From Bacteroidota bacterium (GTDB taxonomy: Bacteria > Bacteroidota > Bacteroidia > AKYH767-A > OLB10), in NCBI GenBank assembly GCA_025352785.1, contig JANXSD010000163.1, positions 11,028-75,027 of the forward strand: a DNA stretch of 64,000 nucleotides. The letters run 5' to 3'. The translations under genes were made by a program, and so were the position numbers. Shown here piece after piece: positions 1 through 9,847 of this stretch (its first letter is position 1; each line of letters begins with the position of its first letter). Under the pieces are notes generated by a model that did no database searches, had not been told where the DNA came from, and saw only the letters and a program-made list of their open reading frames with translations.

Positions 1-483
1 TTTATTCAGCGATTCAATTTGCCCAGGTTCTAAAAATCCGATGTAATGTGTGATAAATAATTTAAAATCGATGGGATTAACATGCGTTGAAAAATTTTCG
101 ACAGCGGCACGAATTTGTTCCACTTCGTACCATGTAAATAACGTATGGATGATTGCTGCACCAATACCTGTTACGAGATAAAAAATAAGAAATCTTTTGG
201 GTCCCCAATAATTCTCCAACACATTACCAAACATCCACAATGCAAACATATTTGAAAAAACATGCATCAAACTGCCGTGCATAAATAAGTGAGTGATGTA
301 TTGATGGGGACGAAAATATTCTGATGATGGAAAATGTAATCCAAAAAAATCTGCTAAATCATAACCAAATTTTTCATTGATTACAGTAGTTGCAAGAAAC
401 ATAATTCCATTGATGATTAACAGATTCTTGACCACAGGAGGCAGGATCTGAAAACGGGATGGTCTGAACTCTTCTGACGACAT
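1..483 (-). CDS. rhomboid family intramembrane serine protease, N-terminal 161 codons (gene runs off the left edge)
   Basis: Absent from the ORF track because it is open at the window edge. My reverse-complement translation from ATG 483..481 gives MSSEEFRPSRFQILPPVVKNLLIINGIMFLATTV...YITHLFMHGSLMHVFSNMFALWMFGNVLENYWGPKRFLIFYLVTGIGAAIIH... It is multi-TM with the rhomboid TM2 H-x3-N signature (HVFSN). It lies 21 nt downstream of mutL on the same strand. Confidence 0.7.
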   Translation of the reverse strand, partial: MSSEEFRPSRFQILPPVVKNLLIINGIMFLATTVINEKFGYDLADFFGLHFPSSEYFRPHQYITHLFMHGSLMHVFSNMFALWMFGNVLENYWGPKRFLIFYLVTGIGAAIIHTLFTWYEVEQIRAAVENFSTHVNPIDFKLFITHYIGFLEPGQIESLNK

Positions 484-504
484 ATTTGAATCCGTTTAAC
501 GGAA

Positions 505-2349
505 TTAAGATTGAAAGAAATTTAATAAATCATTCGAATTTAAATGTACCAGAATGGTTTTGCCATTTACTCCGTAATTTGAATTTTCACATTGCAATAA
601 ATCTAAAGCAATTTTTCGCAACTCCTTATATTGATAGTTTCGTAAATCTTTTACTGACATACTTCTGGCCATTGAACGAGCGAGATTATCATCAGCGCTT
701 AACTCCAAACGATTGCGATTATTTCTAAATTGTTCCAGTAACTCTTGCAATACTGTTGTTTCTTTTCCTGAATCTAATCCGGAAGGAATTCCGTGAATCA
801 CAATTGTATTATTACCAAAATCAGTTAAATCAAAACCAAGTTTTCGTAATTCATCATTCAATTCAGTGACTAACAAAGCATCATCATGACTTAATTGTAA
901 TCGTGGTGGAAATAATTGCTGTTGTGTAATAACGGCTTTCGTTTGTAATGCATGAAGATAACGTTCATACAATATTCTTTCATGCGCACCAGGCAAGTCA
1001 ATTAATAAAATTCCATTTTTAAAAGAAATATTTAGAATTCTTGATCCTGTTAAAACAAATCGGTCATCAGGCAACTCTTCCATCTCTCGTTGTAATTCCT
1101 TAACAGGTTCAGTTACTTCTTCATTGTAAACTGTTTGTTGTATTGGTTCTTGATGTAATTTAAGCCATTGATCCGTACGTTGAGATTCCATTCGCGACCA
1201 TGAATTATCACGACCAATATTTGGATTAAATGACGTTTCAGGTTTAAACGGATTGTAATTCGGATTTACTTTTATTACTGGTTGAATTGGAATCGCATTT
1301 AATTTATCAAGTGGAACATCAAATGCACGTTCTTGATCAAAATCAAGTGAAGGTGCAATGGAAAATTTACCTAGTGCCCGCTTTACTGCAGCACGTAAAA
1401 TTGCATATACCGATTTTTCATCCTCAAATTTAATTTCCGTTTTTGTAGGATGGATATTCACATCAATTTTTGCAGGATCGATATAAATTTTAAGCCAATA
1501 AGAAGCATAAGCATCTTTAGGAATGAGTGAATCAAAAGCAGCATTAACGGCATGATGCAAATAGCTATCTTTAATAAATCGATTGTTCACAAAAAAATAT
1601 TGTTCTCCACGATTCTTCTTAGCAAATTCTGGCTTACCTATAAAACCTTCTAATTTTACAATCGTGGTATCTTCCTCAACAGGCACTAATCGTTCATTAT
1701 AATTGTTTCCACAAATAGATGCGATACGCTGACGAAAATTTCCTTCTCTTAAATCAAAAACTTGCAAATCATTATGATGGAATGAAAAATGAATTTGTGG
1801 ATTCGACATTGCAACCCGTGTAAACTCTTCAATAATGTGTCGTGTTTCAACGGGATTAGATTTTAAGAAATTTCTTCTAGCTGGTACATTATAAAAAAGA
1901 TTTTTGATTGCTAATGATGTTCCTTCTGGTGTAGCAACGGGATCTTGCGATTTACACACTGAAGCTTCAATAACAACTTTAGTTCCGATTTCTGATCCGC
2001 GCAAGCGACTTTTTAAATCTACTTGGGCAATTGCTGCGATGGATGCTAAAGCCTCTCCACGAAACCCCATTGTATGCAATGAAAAAAGATCTTCGGCTTT
2101 CCTTATTTTAGAGGTTGCATGACGTTCAAAACTTAGACGTGAATCCGTTTCCGACATTCCTCCTCCATCATCAATCACTTGAATTAAGGTTTTTCCCGCA
2201 TCACGGATAATCAATTGGATTCGGCTACTTCCAGCATCTACTGCATTTTCTAATACTTCTTTAACAGCAGAAGCCGGACGCTGTATCACTTCTCCTGCAG
2301 CAATTTGATTTGCAACAGCATCAGGTAAAAGATGAATAATATCTGCCAT
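505..2349 (-). CDS. mutL: DNA mismatch repair protein MutL
   Basis: 614 aa. GHKL ATPase N-terminus (LPDAVANQIAAGEVIQRPASAVKEVLENAVDAG, DDGGGM) and a MutL-type C-terminal domain. Confidence 0.97.
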   Translation of the reverse strand: MADIIHLLPDAVANQIAAGEVIQRPASAVKEVLENAVDAGSSRIQLIIRDAGKTLIQVIDDGGGMSETDSRLSFERHATSKIRKAEDLFSLHTMGFRGEALASIAAIAQVDLKSRLRGSEIGTKVVIEASVCKSQDPVATPEGTSLAIKNLFYNVPARRNFLKSNPVETRHIIEEFTRVAMSNPQIHFSFHHNDLQVFDLREGNFRQRIASICGNNYNERLVPVEEDTTIVKLEGFIGKPEFAKKNRGEQYFFVNNRFIKDSYLHHAVNAAFDSLIPKDAYASYWLKIYIDPAKIDVNIHPTKTEIKFEDEKSVYAILRAAVKRALGKFSIAPSLDFDQERAFDVPLDKLNAIPIQPVIKVNPNYNPFKPETSFNPNIGRDNSWSRMESQRTDQWLKLHQEPIQQTVYNEEVTEPVKELQREMEELPDDRFVLTGSRILNISFKNGILLIDLPGAHERILYERYLHALQTKAVITQQQLFPPRLQLSHDDALLVTELNDELRKLGFDLTDFGNNTIVIHGIPSGLDSGKETTVLQELLEQFRNNRNRLELSADDNLARSMARSMSVKDLRNYQYKELRKIALDLLQCENSNYGVNGKTILVHLNSNDLLNFFQS

Positions 2350-2547
2350 AATTATCGCACAAAGGTATAATTTCCTTATGTTATTAATGCAATTTTATCA
2401 TAAATAGAAAGATTTTACTTACGAAGGAGTAAAAAACAAACATTTTAAAATGCAATTGATAGATCTAAATTTAATGGAACTCAAATTATCTTAAATTTAA
2501 TTAATCTCATCCTAAAAATCTATACTTGGAGGTTAAAAATCAACTTT

Positions 2548-4587
2548 TTATGCAGAAGGATACGCCACTCTAACATGATAAATACTATTCAGCATTTTCT
2601 TGAAAATCTTTTTAATGACTGTAATATCTCGATAGGTAATATCACAATTTTCAAACTGTCCGCTTTCAATCTGATGATTGATGATTTTATCAACAAGGTG
2701 ATCAATGGACTCTGCATCATGTGAAGTAAGACTTCGCGCAGAAGCCTCTACAGAATCTGCCATCATCAAAACCGCAGTCTCTTTAGAAAAAGGCTTTGGG
2801 CCGGGATATCGAAAATCATCAATATCTGCCACTTCATCAGGGAAATTTTTTAAAAATGATTGATAAAAATATTGAACAACTGTAGTACCGTGATGTGTTC
2901 GAATAAAATCCACAACAACATCGGGAAGTTTATGTTTCCTTGCACGCTCGATACCTCTAATCACATGACTAATAATTATAGAAGCACTTTCATCAAATGA
3001 TAATTCATCGTGAGGATTCATTTGAGTACTTTGATTTTCTATAAAATACATTGGCATATCCATCTTACCAACATCATGATACAATGCGCCCACTCGTACC
3101 AATAAAGAGTTGCCGCCTATCTTATAAATTGCTGCTTCTGCTAAGTTCGCAACTTGCAATGAATGCTGAAATGTTCCTGGTGTTTTCGTTGCAAGTTCGC
3201 GCAACAAATCACTGTTAAAATCAGTAAGCTCCATCAATGTAAAATCAGAAGTAACGGAAAAAGTTTTTTCAATAAAAAATATTAATGGATAACTTAATAA
3301 TGTGAGCAAACAATTTCCAAGCAACCAAACAGCATTCGAATAATTTATTTTATCCAACGATCCTTCAGATAATAATGATAAGCCGATGTAAGAAACGAGA
3401 TACGCAATAAATATAATTCCAGCAGCAATAAAAAGCTGAGATCGCTTACGCATATTTACGATACTAAAAATAGCAACCATTCCAGCTACAATTTGCATGT
3501 AAACGAAATCAAAACCTCCCGGGGCAACCGTACCTAAAATTAATATCGTTAACACATGGGTAAATAAGGCAGTACGTGTATCAAAAAAAGCTCTAGTAAC
3601 AAGAGGTAAAATACACAATGGCAGCAACATCATATTCATTCGATTACTCGCCAACAATTGCGAATAAATGATGCAAGTTGATACGATTAATAGAAATAAT
3701 AATGAAATTTTTCTGCTGTCCAATAATATATCCTTTCGCAACAACCAAATAAACGTTAGTAAAACTCCAATAGCAGTACAAACAAGCAAGAGATAACCAA
3801 GATAAAGAGACGGTCGTATCTCAATGTTAGCCGCTTCGTTTCCACCAAAGGCAATTTTTAAAGAATTTAATTGATCGTATTCGCGCTGACCAACAAATTT
3901 TCCATGTTCAATAATCACTGCACCTTCTTTCACTAATCCTCTTGTCGGATTTATTGCTTCTAGATATTGTTGTCGGTTACGTTCAGTTAGGACACCATCA
4001 TAAATAATATTTGGTTTAATCGACTGAACCAATGAGGCCAATAACATTCCATCCCCTTGCAAATTTTTATTGATGAGTTGCCGTTCAATTTCAGCTGCTA
4101 CTTGATTCAATTGTAGATGAGCTGACAATTCTGTTGGAACAGATTTGTTTCCTTTCAACAATAAAACTTGTTGATTTTGATCGACGGAATAATTCCGAGG
4201 CAAATCAATTAATCCTTGCTTATAAAACTGATGAATGATTTCATCACCTTGAATTAATGCTTTATTATTTTCTTCTTTATACAATGAATGAAATTCCAGT
4301 AATGCACGATTTTGTGCTAAAGTATCCACTTTAAAAAATAAAGGCGATTGATTAATAACCACATTCTTTTCCTCCTCTAGTTGCGCCTTAGATTTATATA
4401 ATGGGAAATCGAATGGAGCTTTTAAATCCTCATAAATCCAAATTCCCCCTTGATCAAAATCGTATTTGAAACGCATTTGTCGTGGCAGAAAAGCAGTTAT
4501 ACCTATGATGGAAAGCGTAATTAAAACAATACGGTAATAGAGGTCGTGTTTATTACTAACTTTAATAAATAATTTGCGGAGATTCAT
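2548..4587 (-). CDS. 7TM-receptor-type HD/HDIG phosphohydrolase
   Basis: 679 aa. N-terminal TM plus extracytoplasmic domain, a central 7-TM block, and a C-terminal HD domain (GALYHDVGK, IRTHHGT). Confidence 0.9.
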   Translation of the reverse strand: MNLRKLFIKVSNKHDLYYRIVLITLSIIGITAFLPRQMRFKYDFDQGGIWIYEDLKAPFDFPLYKSKAQLEEEKNVVINQSPLFFKVDTLAQNRALLEFHSLYKEENNKALIQGDEIIHQFYKQGLIDLPRNYSVDQNQQVLLLKGNKSVPTELSAHLQLNQVAAEIERQLINKNLQGDGMLLASLVQSIKPNIIYDGVLTERNRQQYLEAINPTRGLVKEGAVIIEHGKFVGQREYDQLNSLKIAFGGNEAANIEIRPSLYLGYLLLVCTAIGVLLTFIWLLRKDILLDSRKISLLFLLIVSTCIIYSQLLASNRMNMMLLPLCILPLVTRAFFDTRTALFTHVLTILILGTVAPGGFDFVYMQIVAGMVAIFSIVNMRKRSQLFIAAGIIFIAYLVSYIGLSLLSEGSLDKINYSNAVWLLGNCLLTLLSYPLIFFIEKTFSVTSDFTLMELTDFNSDLLRELATKTPGTFQHSLQVANLAEAAIYKIGGNSLLVRVGALYHDVGKMDMPMYFIENQSTQMNPHDELSFDESASIIISHVIRGIERARKHKLPDVVVDFIRTHHGTTVVQYFYQSFLKNFPDEVADIDDFRYPGPKPFSKETAVLMMADSVEASARSLTSHDAESIDHLVDKIINHQIESGQFENCDITYRDITVIKKIFKKMLNSIYHVRVAYPSA

Positions 4588-4670
4588 ATGTTAGTTCAGA
4601 AACAAATTAGTTAATCTGTTTGCAAAGATTATTATTTGTGCATTTAGTTATTCATATCAAAAATAAAAAG

Positions 4671-5061
4671 GAAAGCAAACCTATAAGCCGGGTTCTGTAT
4701 TCATCAATTTGCATTGCTGAAATCCTGTCATTTATCTGCGATTGCGCTCACGCACTACCTGAATCAGCCTACCCATCAGGGCATCTTGTTTTGCAACAAG
4801 CTTCGAGCGAGCAGCCCTTCGCCCTGACCTATTTGGCTTTTCAACCCACAAGGTTTACCCTCTTGCATGTTACCATAACAAGACGTGAGCTTTTACCTCA
4901 CATTTTCACCCGTGCCTCACAAGGAGGCGGTTATTTTCTGCGGCCCTTTCTGTCAATCCATCGTTCCCAATGAATTGCCTTCCCGTTAGGAAGTGTGGTG
5001 CTCTGTGTTGCCCGGACTTTCCTCCCTCCGTAAACGAAGAGCGACAGGACAGTTTGCTTTC
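4671..5061 (-). ncRNA. rnpB: RNase P RNA, bacterial type A
   Basis: The minus-strand read contains GGAGGGAGGAAAGTCCGGGC near the 5' end and ACAGAACCCGGCTTATAGG near the 3' end (the two universally conserved P4 strands). It also has GAGGTAAAAGCTCAC and GCCAAATAGG blocks. The termini GAAAGCAAAC (5061..5052) and GTTTGCTTTC (4680..4671) pair as P1, followed by a T-rich run. Confidence 0.95.
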
Positions 5062-5065
5062 GTCA

Positions 5066-5073
5066 CAAAGATA
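5066..5073 (-). promoter_or_regulatory. -7 box TATCTTTG for rnpB
   Basis: Plus-strand CAAAGATA equals minus-strand TATCTTTG, a perfect match to the Bacteroidota TAnnTTTG consensus. It ends 5 nt upstream of the predicted P1 5' end (5061) and sits in the 23-nt gap after the upstream CDS stop (5085..5087). Confidence 0.5.
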
Positions 5074-5084
5074 GAAATATGTGA

Positions 5085-5663
5085 TTAGCTTGTGATCTCC
5101 AGCCAATTTTGAAGTATCTGTTTGCCAAAAGCGGTCATCACAGATTCTGGGTGAAATTGTAAAGAATAAATTGGCAAATCAACATGTTTCATTGCCATGA
5201 TATGCGCTTGTTCGTCGCGCGCAAGTACTTTAAAAGTTGTGGGCAAAGTCTTTTCGTCCACCAGCCAACTATGGTATCGTCCTGCTTCGAAAGTATTTGG
5301 TACACCTTTGAAGAAATCATCTTGCAAATCCGTTATGATACATTTTCGCTGTAGACCATGTACTACTTCTGATAATTGTAAGAGTGATCCACCAAATGCT
5401 TCTGCTATAGCTTGATGTCCTAAACATACACCTAAAAGGGGCTTTATTGTTGCGTACTCTTTAATGAGAGGAATTAAAATTCCTGCTTCAGTTGGCATCC
5501 CTGGTCCAGGTGATAAAACGATACGATCAAAGGTGGCAATATCCGCTAAAGAAATCTCATCATTACGAAAAACGCAAATTTCATCCGCTGTTAACATTTC
5601 GAGGTAATGCAACAGGTTCCAGGTAAACGAATCATAATTATCTAACAATAAAATCCGTGACAT
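5085..5663 (-). CDS. anthranilate / aminodeoxychorismate synthase component II (class I glutamine amidotransferase)
   Basis: 192 aa. LLLDNYDSFTWNL, nucleophile Cys in GVCLGHQAI, and HPES at the C-terminus. No trpE/pabB gene is adjacent, so TrpG versus PabA is unresolved. Confidence 0.9.
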   Translation of the reverse strand: MSRILLLDNYDSFTWNLLHYLEMLTADEICVFRNDEISLADIATFDRIVLSPGPGMPTEAGILIPLIKEYATIKPLLGVCLGHQAIAEAFGGSLLQLSEVVHGLQRKCIITDLQDDFFKGVPNTFEAGRYHSWLVDEKTLPTTFKVLARDEQAHIMAMKHVDLPIYSLQFHPESVMTAFGKQILQNWLEITS

Positions 5664-5723
5664 CAGAATCTGCTATTTTCGCAAAGATAATTTATCAGCT
5701 CAATAAAATTCCCAACAACATTT

Positions 5724-6101
5724 ATGACAACCATCATCCATACAAAAAATGCCCCTGCTCCTATTGGCCCCTATTCGCAAGCTGTAAAAGTTGGTAACAT
5801 GCTTTATGCCTCTGGGCAAATTGCTATAGATCCTTCAACAGGAAATATAATAATGGATAATATACAGTCTGAAACACATCAAGTGATGAAAAACATTTTA
5901 GCATTATTGAAAGAAGCAGGAATGGAATATCAACATATTGTTAAGACAAGTATTTTTTTAAAAGATATGAATCAGTTTGCGGCAGTGAATGCAATTTATG
6001 GAAGCTATTTCACCTCAAATTATCCAGCGCGTGAAACGGTTGAAGTATCACGACTTCCCAAAGATGTCAATGTGGAAATTTCTGTAATTGCAATTTTATA
6101 A
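5724..6101 (+). CDS. ridA: RidA family (YjgF/L-PSP) reactive-intermediate deaminase
   Basis: 125 aa. TKNAPAPIGPYSQAVKVGNMLYASGQIAIDPSTG and ARETVEVSRLPKDV are typical RidA blocks. Confidence 0.92.
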   Translation: MTTIIHTKNAPAPIGPYSQAVKVGNMLYASGQIAIDPSTGNIIMDNIQSETHQVMKNILALLKEAGMEYQHIVKTSIFLKDMNQFAAVNAIYGSYFTSNYPARETVEVSRLPKDVNVEISVIAIL

Positions 6102-6153
6102 ATTTAAAGCAACGAATTAATTTATGTATAAAAATTGAGTTAGATGGATCTCA

Positions 6154-7617
6154 TTATTTATTCTCAGGAATCCTCATTAAAGTTTCTAAAAAGTATCCCC
6201 AGTATTTCTGAACAGAACTAATTTGAACTTTTTCATCAGGTGAATGCGCTCCACGAATATTAGGACCAAAAGAAATCATTTCCATGTCTGGATAGTTGGT
6301 TCCAAGGATACCACATTCTAATCCTGCATGACAAGCACTTACTAATGCTTCATCGTTATACCGTTCTTTATAAAGATCACTCATGATTTTTACAATAGAA
6401 GCATCTGGGTTTGGAGTCCAGCCTGGATAAGATCCTTTAAAATCAACCTTAGCTCCTATTAATTCAAAAGTGTTTTTTAAGCTATTTGCTAAATCCATTT
6501 TTTCAGAATCCACCGAGCTTCGTGTCAAACATTGTATAGAATATTCACCATCTTTTGCTAACACTCTCGCTAAATTATTGGAAGTTTGGACGAGGTGTAA
6601 AATATCAGGACTCATGCGATAAATTCCATTTGCACAAGCATAAATACATTTCATTAATTTAATCTGAAAACCCTTTTGCATGACACGTTTCACCTCATCA
6701 GATTTTGTAATGCTTACTGCTAAATTCGGATCTGTCGTTTTGTGTTCAGCTTTTAATTCTTCTTCAATCGCTATAATAAAATCTCCAAATGAATTTTGTT
6801 CTTTTTCAGGAAACGCAATTTCAGCAATTGATTCACGAGGAATCGCATTGCGTAGACTACCGCCATCAATACTACTAATTTGAATTCCGAATTTTTCGAA
6901 AGCAGCAAATAAAATACGATTCATGATTTTATTTGCATTTCCTCTTCCCTTATAAATATCCATTCCCGAATGTCCACCGGCTAAACCAGTCACGGAAATT
7001 TTATACAATAAAGAATTAGGAGGAATCGCTTCATGAGTATAACTTCCTGTTGCTGTTACATCAATACCACCTGCACATCCAATGGTCAATTCGTTATCAT
7101 CTTCCGTATCGAGATTCAATAATATTTTTCCTTCCAACAATCCACCTTTCAAATTCAACGCACCTGTCATTCCGGTTTCTTCATCGATGGTAAATAATGC
7201 TTCAATGGCAGGATGAGGAATTGCAGACGAGGATAATATGGTCATGATAGAAGCAACACCAATTCCATTATCAGCACCAAGTGTAGTACCATCTGCTTTC
7301 ACCCAATCACCATCAACGATCATTTCAATTCCTTGCTTATCGAAATCAAAATTGGTACTTGCATTTTTTTGATGCACCATATCAAGATGACTTTGCAAAA
7401 CAACCGTTTGCCGTTTCTCCATGCCTTTACTAGCAGGTTTCTTTATAATTACATTTCCAATTTCATCTTGGCTTGTTTCAAGATGAAGACTCTTTCCAAA
7501 TTTTAGAATAAACTGTCTTACAAGTTCTTCCTTTTTCGATGGACGTGGAACTGCGTTTAAATCAGCAAAGTGATTCCATATTTCTTTTGGCTCTAATTCT
7601 CTTACGTCTTTTGACAT
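6154..7617 (-). CDS. pepD: aminoacyl-histidine (Xaa-His) dipeptidase, peptidase M20C
   Basis: 487 aa. PRPSKKEE, QSHLDMV, GADNGIG and IDEETGMTGA are PepD-type metal-ligand blocks. Confidence 0.9.
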   Translation of the reverse strand: MSKDVRELEPKEIWNHFADLNAVPRPSKKEELVRQFILKFGKSLHLETSQDEIGNVIIKKPASKGMEKRQTVVLQSHLDMVHQKNASTNFDFDKQGIEMIVDGDWVKADGTTLGADNGIGVASIMTILSSSAIPHPAIEALFTIDEETGMTGALNLKGGLLEGKILLNLDTEDDNELTIGCAGGIDVTATGSYTHEAIPPNSLLYKISVTGLAGGHSGMDIYKGRGNANKIMNRILFAAFEKFGIQISSIDGGSLRNAIPRESIAEIAFPEKEQNSFGDFIIAIEEELKAEHKTTDPNLAVSITKSDEVKRVMQKGFQIKLMKCIYACANGIYRMSPDILHLVQTSNNLARVLAKDGEYSIQCLTRSSVDSEKMDLANSLKNTFELIGAKVDFKGSYPGWTPNPDASIVKIMSDLYKERYNDEALVSACHAGLECGILGTNYPDMEMISFGPNIRGAHSPDEKVQISSVQKYWGYFLETLMRIPENK

Positions 7618-7764
7618 GATTTTAAATTAATTACGAATTACATTCCGATAGTTATCGGAATAAAAATTATGGATATTAAAATATATACTTCTACTTACAA
7701 ATATAATACTTATAAACTTACAAGACTTATAGTTGTTGTTAGTGGGTAAAATTATTATCATAGC

Positions 7765-9492
7765 TTAATCCGGAAAGTTTAATCCACACCAGGATTTAAA
7801 AGCTACTTTTTGTTGGTCATTTGCACCTGAAATGGCTGCAATTTTCACAGTATCAAAATAAGTTTTCGTATCAGCAGTAAGCACAATTGCTTTTAATTTC
7901 TTTTGAGAAAATACATTTAACTGAATAGGTTGTAAATTAGCTTTAATCAATTCGTTTAAATTATTTTCTACTTTCCACTCATTGCAAGAAATGATTTCAT
8001 CTTCACGTGCAAGGCCAGCATTTTCAGCTGGAGAACCTGGTAAAACGTTGGCAACTTTTGTAATGCCACCTTCCACAAAAATCCGCAATCCGAATAATGA
8101 TTCATTAGACCATACAGACGCAATTTTTGAAAGATAACATCCTACATAATTTAACATTTCATTCAATTTTGCTTCATACGAAACAGGTTGATTTAATAAT
8201 TCATCAAATACATAAGCGATGGTATTACTCCCCAGATTCATTGCTAATGCACGTACATCTTTTTCAGTATATCCCAAATGCTGAGGAGCAAAATCATTGT
8301 ACAACTGATAAAATAAATCATCAAGCGATTTTTTATCCGAAGTAGCCTTTCGTATTGTGAGATCAAGCAATAAGGCAATCAAGCTGCCTTCATCGTAAAT
8401 ATTTGTCTTGCGCGCTGGTGCACCTGGCACATACCCATCCAACCATGTATCATAACTACTATCACTCACAGATAAATTAAATCTTCCATAGTTATCAAAA
8501 TGTTTTTGTAAGCGAGCATTAATTTCTGCAAAATAATTTTTCACATCAAAAAATCCACTACGCGCTAAAAATAAATCACCATAGTAAGTAGTAAATCCTT
8601 CATACACCCATCCAAGATGACTATAATTTTCTTTAGTATAATCGTATACCACAAAATCATGCGGACGAAGTGTTTTTACATTCCATGCATGAAACAATTC
8701 GTGAGAAGCAACACCTAAAAGATCAGCATACAAATCCTCTTCCATCAATTTATAACCGGGCCCAAGCGCTAATACCGTACTTGTAATATGCTCCACTCCG
8801 TGATAAAATCGGAAAGGCAAAATAAGAATCAGAAAATGGTATTCAGCACTTGGCAATTTATGCATCATCGCCATTTGCACTTTTGTGAATCCTTCAAAAT
8901 CTTTAATTATTTTGTTCCAATCAGGTTTACATTCTCCTTGAAACCAAACATGAAAAAGATGATCATTTACAGAGTAAGTTTGATGTTGTAAAGTTGCAGA
9001 CGCGAAAAAGGGAGAATCAACTAATTCATGAAAATCATTTGCGACTAAAGTATGCTTATTTGTTTCCTTTAATGCACAAGCAATTTCCCAATTGGAAGGA
9101 ATATCTAAATGTACATTACATATCTCCTGCAAGTTATCTGCTTCATAAATCATGCAATGAATAGGATTCACATACAACACTTGCTCATCTACCCAGCATG
9201 CACCTGCATCTGGTTGCGAAGCGAAATATTCGTAATCAATTATTACTTGCTTGCAATTAACTTCATGTACGATCCATTTGTCCTTTGTAATTTTTTCAAG
9301 GTGCAAAGGATTGCCATTTTCATCATAAGCATTAATGCTGCGAACATTTTTTGCGAAATTTCCAAGCTCATATCTACCAGGTCGCCATGAAGGCAATTGA
9401 AATTCTATTGAACTTTCTTGCTTAACCGCTTTAACAGCCATGATTTTTAAGAAACGACTGGAAGGTATGGGGATTGATAGATAATAATCCAT
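7765..9492 (-). CDS. M61 family glycyl aminopeptidase with C-terminal PDZ domain
   Basis: 575 aa. Zinc motif ASHELFHAWNVK, LPSWRPGRYE near the N-terminus, and PDZ-like VLPGSPAENAGL near the C-terminus. Confidence 0.85.
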   Translation of the reverse strand: MDYYLSIPIPSSRFLKIMAVKAVKQESSIEFQLPSWRPGRYELGNFAKNVRSINAYDENGNPLHLEKITKDKWIVHEVNCKQVIIDYEYFASQPDAGACWVDEQVLYVNPIHCMIYEADNLQEICNVHLDIPSNWEIACALKETNKHTLVANDFHELVDSPFFASATLQHQTYSVNDHLFHVWFQGECKPDWNKIIKDFEGFTKVQMAMMHKLPSAEYHFLILILPFRFYHGVEHITSTVLALGPGYKLMEEDLYADLLGVASHELFHAWNVKTLRPHDFVVYDYTKENYSHLGWVYEGFTTYYGDLFLARSGFFDVKNYFAEINARLQKHFDNYGRFNLSVSDSSYDTWLDGYVPGAPARKTNIYDEGSLIALLLDLTIRKATSDKKSLDDLFYQLYNDFAPQHLGYTEKDVRALAMNLGSNTIAYVFDELLNQPVSYEAKLNEMLNYVGCYLSKIASVWSNESLFGLRIFVEGGITKVANVLPGSPAENAGLAREDEIISCNEWKVENNLNELIKANLQPIQLNVFSQKKLKAIVLTADTKTYFDTVKIAAISGANDQQKVAFKSWCGLNFPD

Positions 9493-9658
9493 TGCAGAGA
9501 TATAAGATTTTCCAAAAATACAATTAAAATCTATGATTGGATAAATTCAATAATATTCCTATTCGACATGAAATTATACCTGAACAGTAATTATATTTTT
9601 GCTTTGTGATAAAAATTCATAAATTTATATTTTCAAAACATAATTAAAATCAATACTT

Positions 9659-9847
9659 ATGAAAAAGCTTTTACTATTATTATATTCTTTAGGGATTTTA
9701 TTTATTTGCAATGCGCAAGGCTTCGAATGGGTGAAATCGAAGCCCGTTAAACTCAACTTAAATTCTGAAATGAACGGTATTTATCATATTATAGCAATAA
9801 GTAACAAAGGAGTAATTTTAAATGGATCCATTAATTTAATCCTCTAA
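9659..9847 (+). CDS. 62-aa orphan with signal peptide (small secreted protein or N-terminal remnant of a T9SS cargo gene)
   Basis: MKKLLLLLYSLGILFICNAQ signal peptide followed by only about 40 aa. Its stop TAA (9845..9847) abuts the ATG (9848) of the decayed gene downstream. Confidence 0.3.
   Translation: MKKLLLLLYSLGILFICNAQGFEWVKSKPVKLNLNSEMNGIYHIIAISNKGVILNGSINLIL

Noticed and set aside
486-2122. Track ORFs 486..728 (+) and 1904..2122 (+)
   Set aside because: Both are antisense to mutL, and the first also spans the mutL/rhomboid junction. They are short with no recognisable motifs, whereas mutL is unambiguous on the other strand.
4620-5106. Track ORFs 4620..4973 (+, 117 aa) and 4906..5106 (-, 66 aa)
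   Set aside because: Both lie entirely within or across the RNase P RNA gene (4671..5061). The conserved RNase P motifs explain the sequence, and neither ORF has a coding signature I can see.
7643-7660. Short palindrome TTCCGATA-GT-TATCGGAA followed by TAAAAATTA, resembling TCGATA-GC-TATCGG followed by GATAAGAATTA at 22765..22790
   Set aside because: There are only two copies, the stems are 5-8 bp, and the contexts differ (a 5' leader versus a 3' end). I cannot distinguish this from chance without a genome-wide search for CGATAGYTATCGG.
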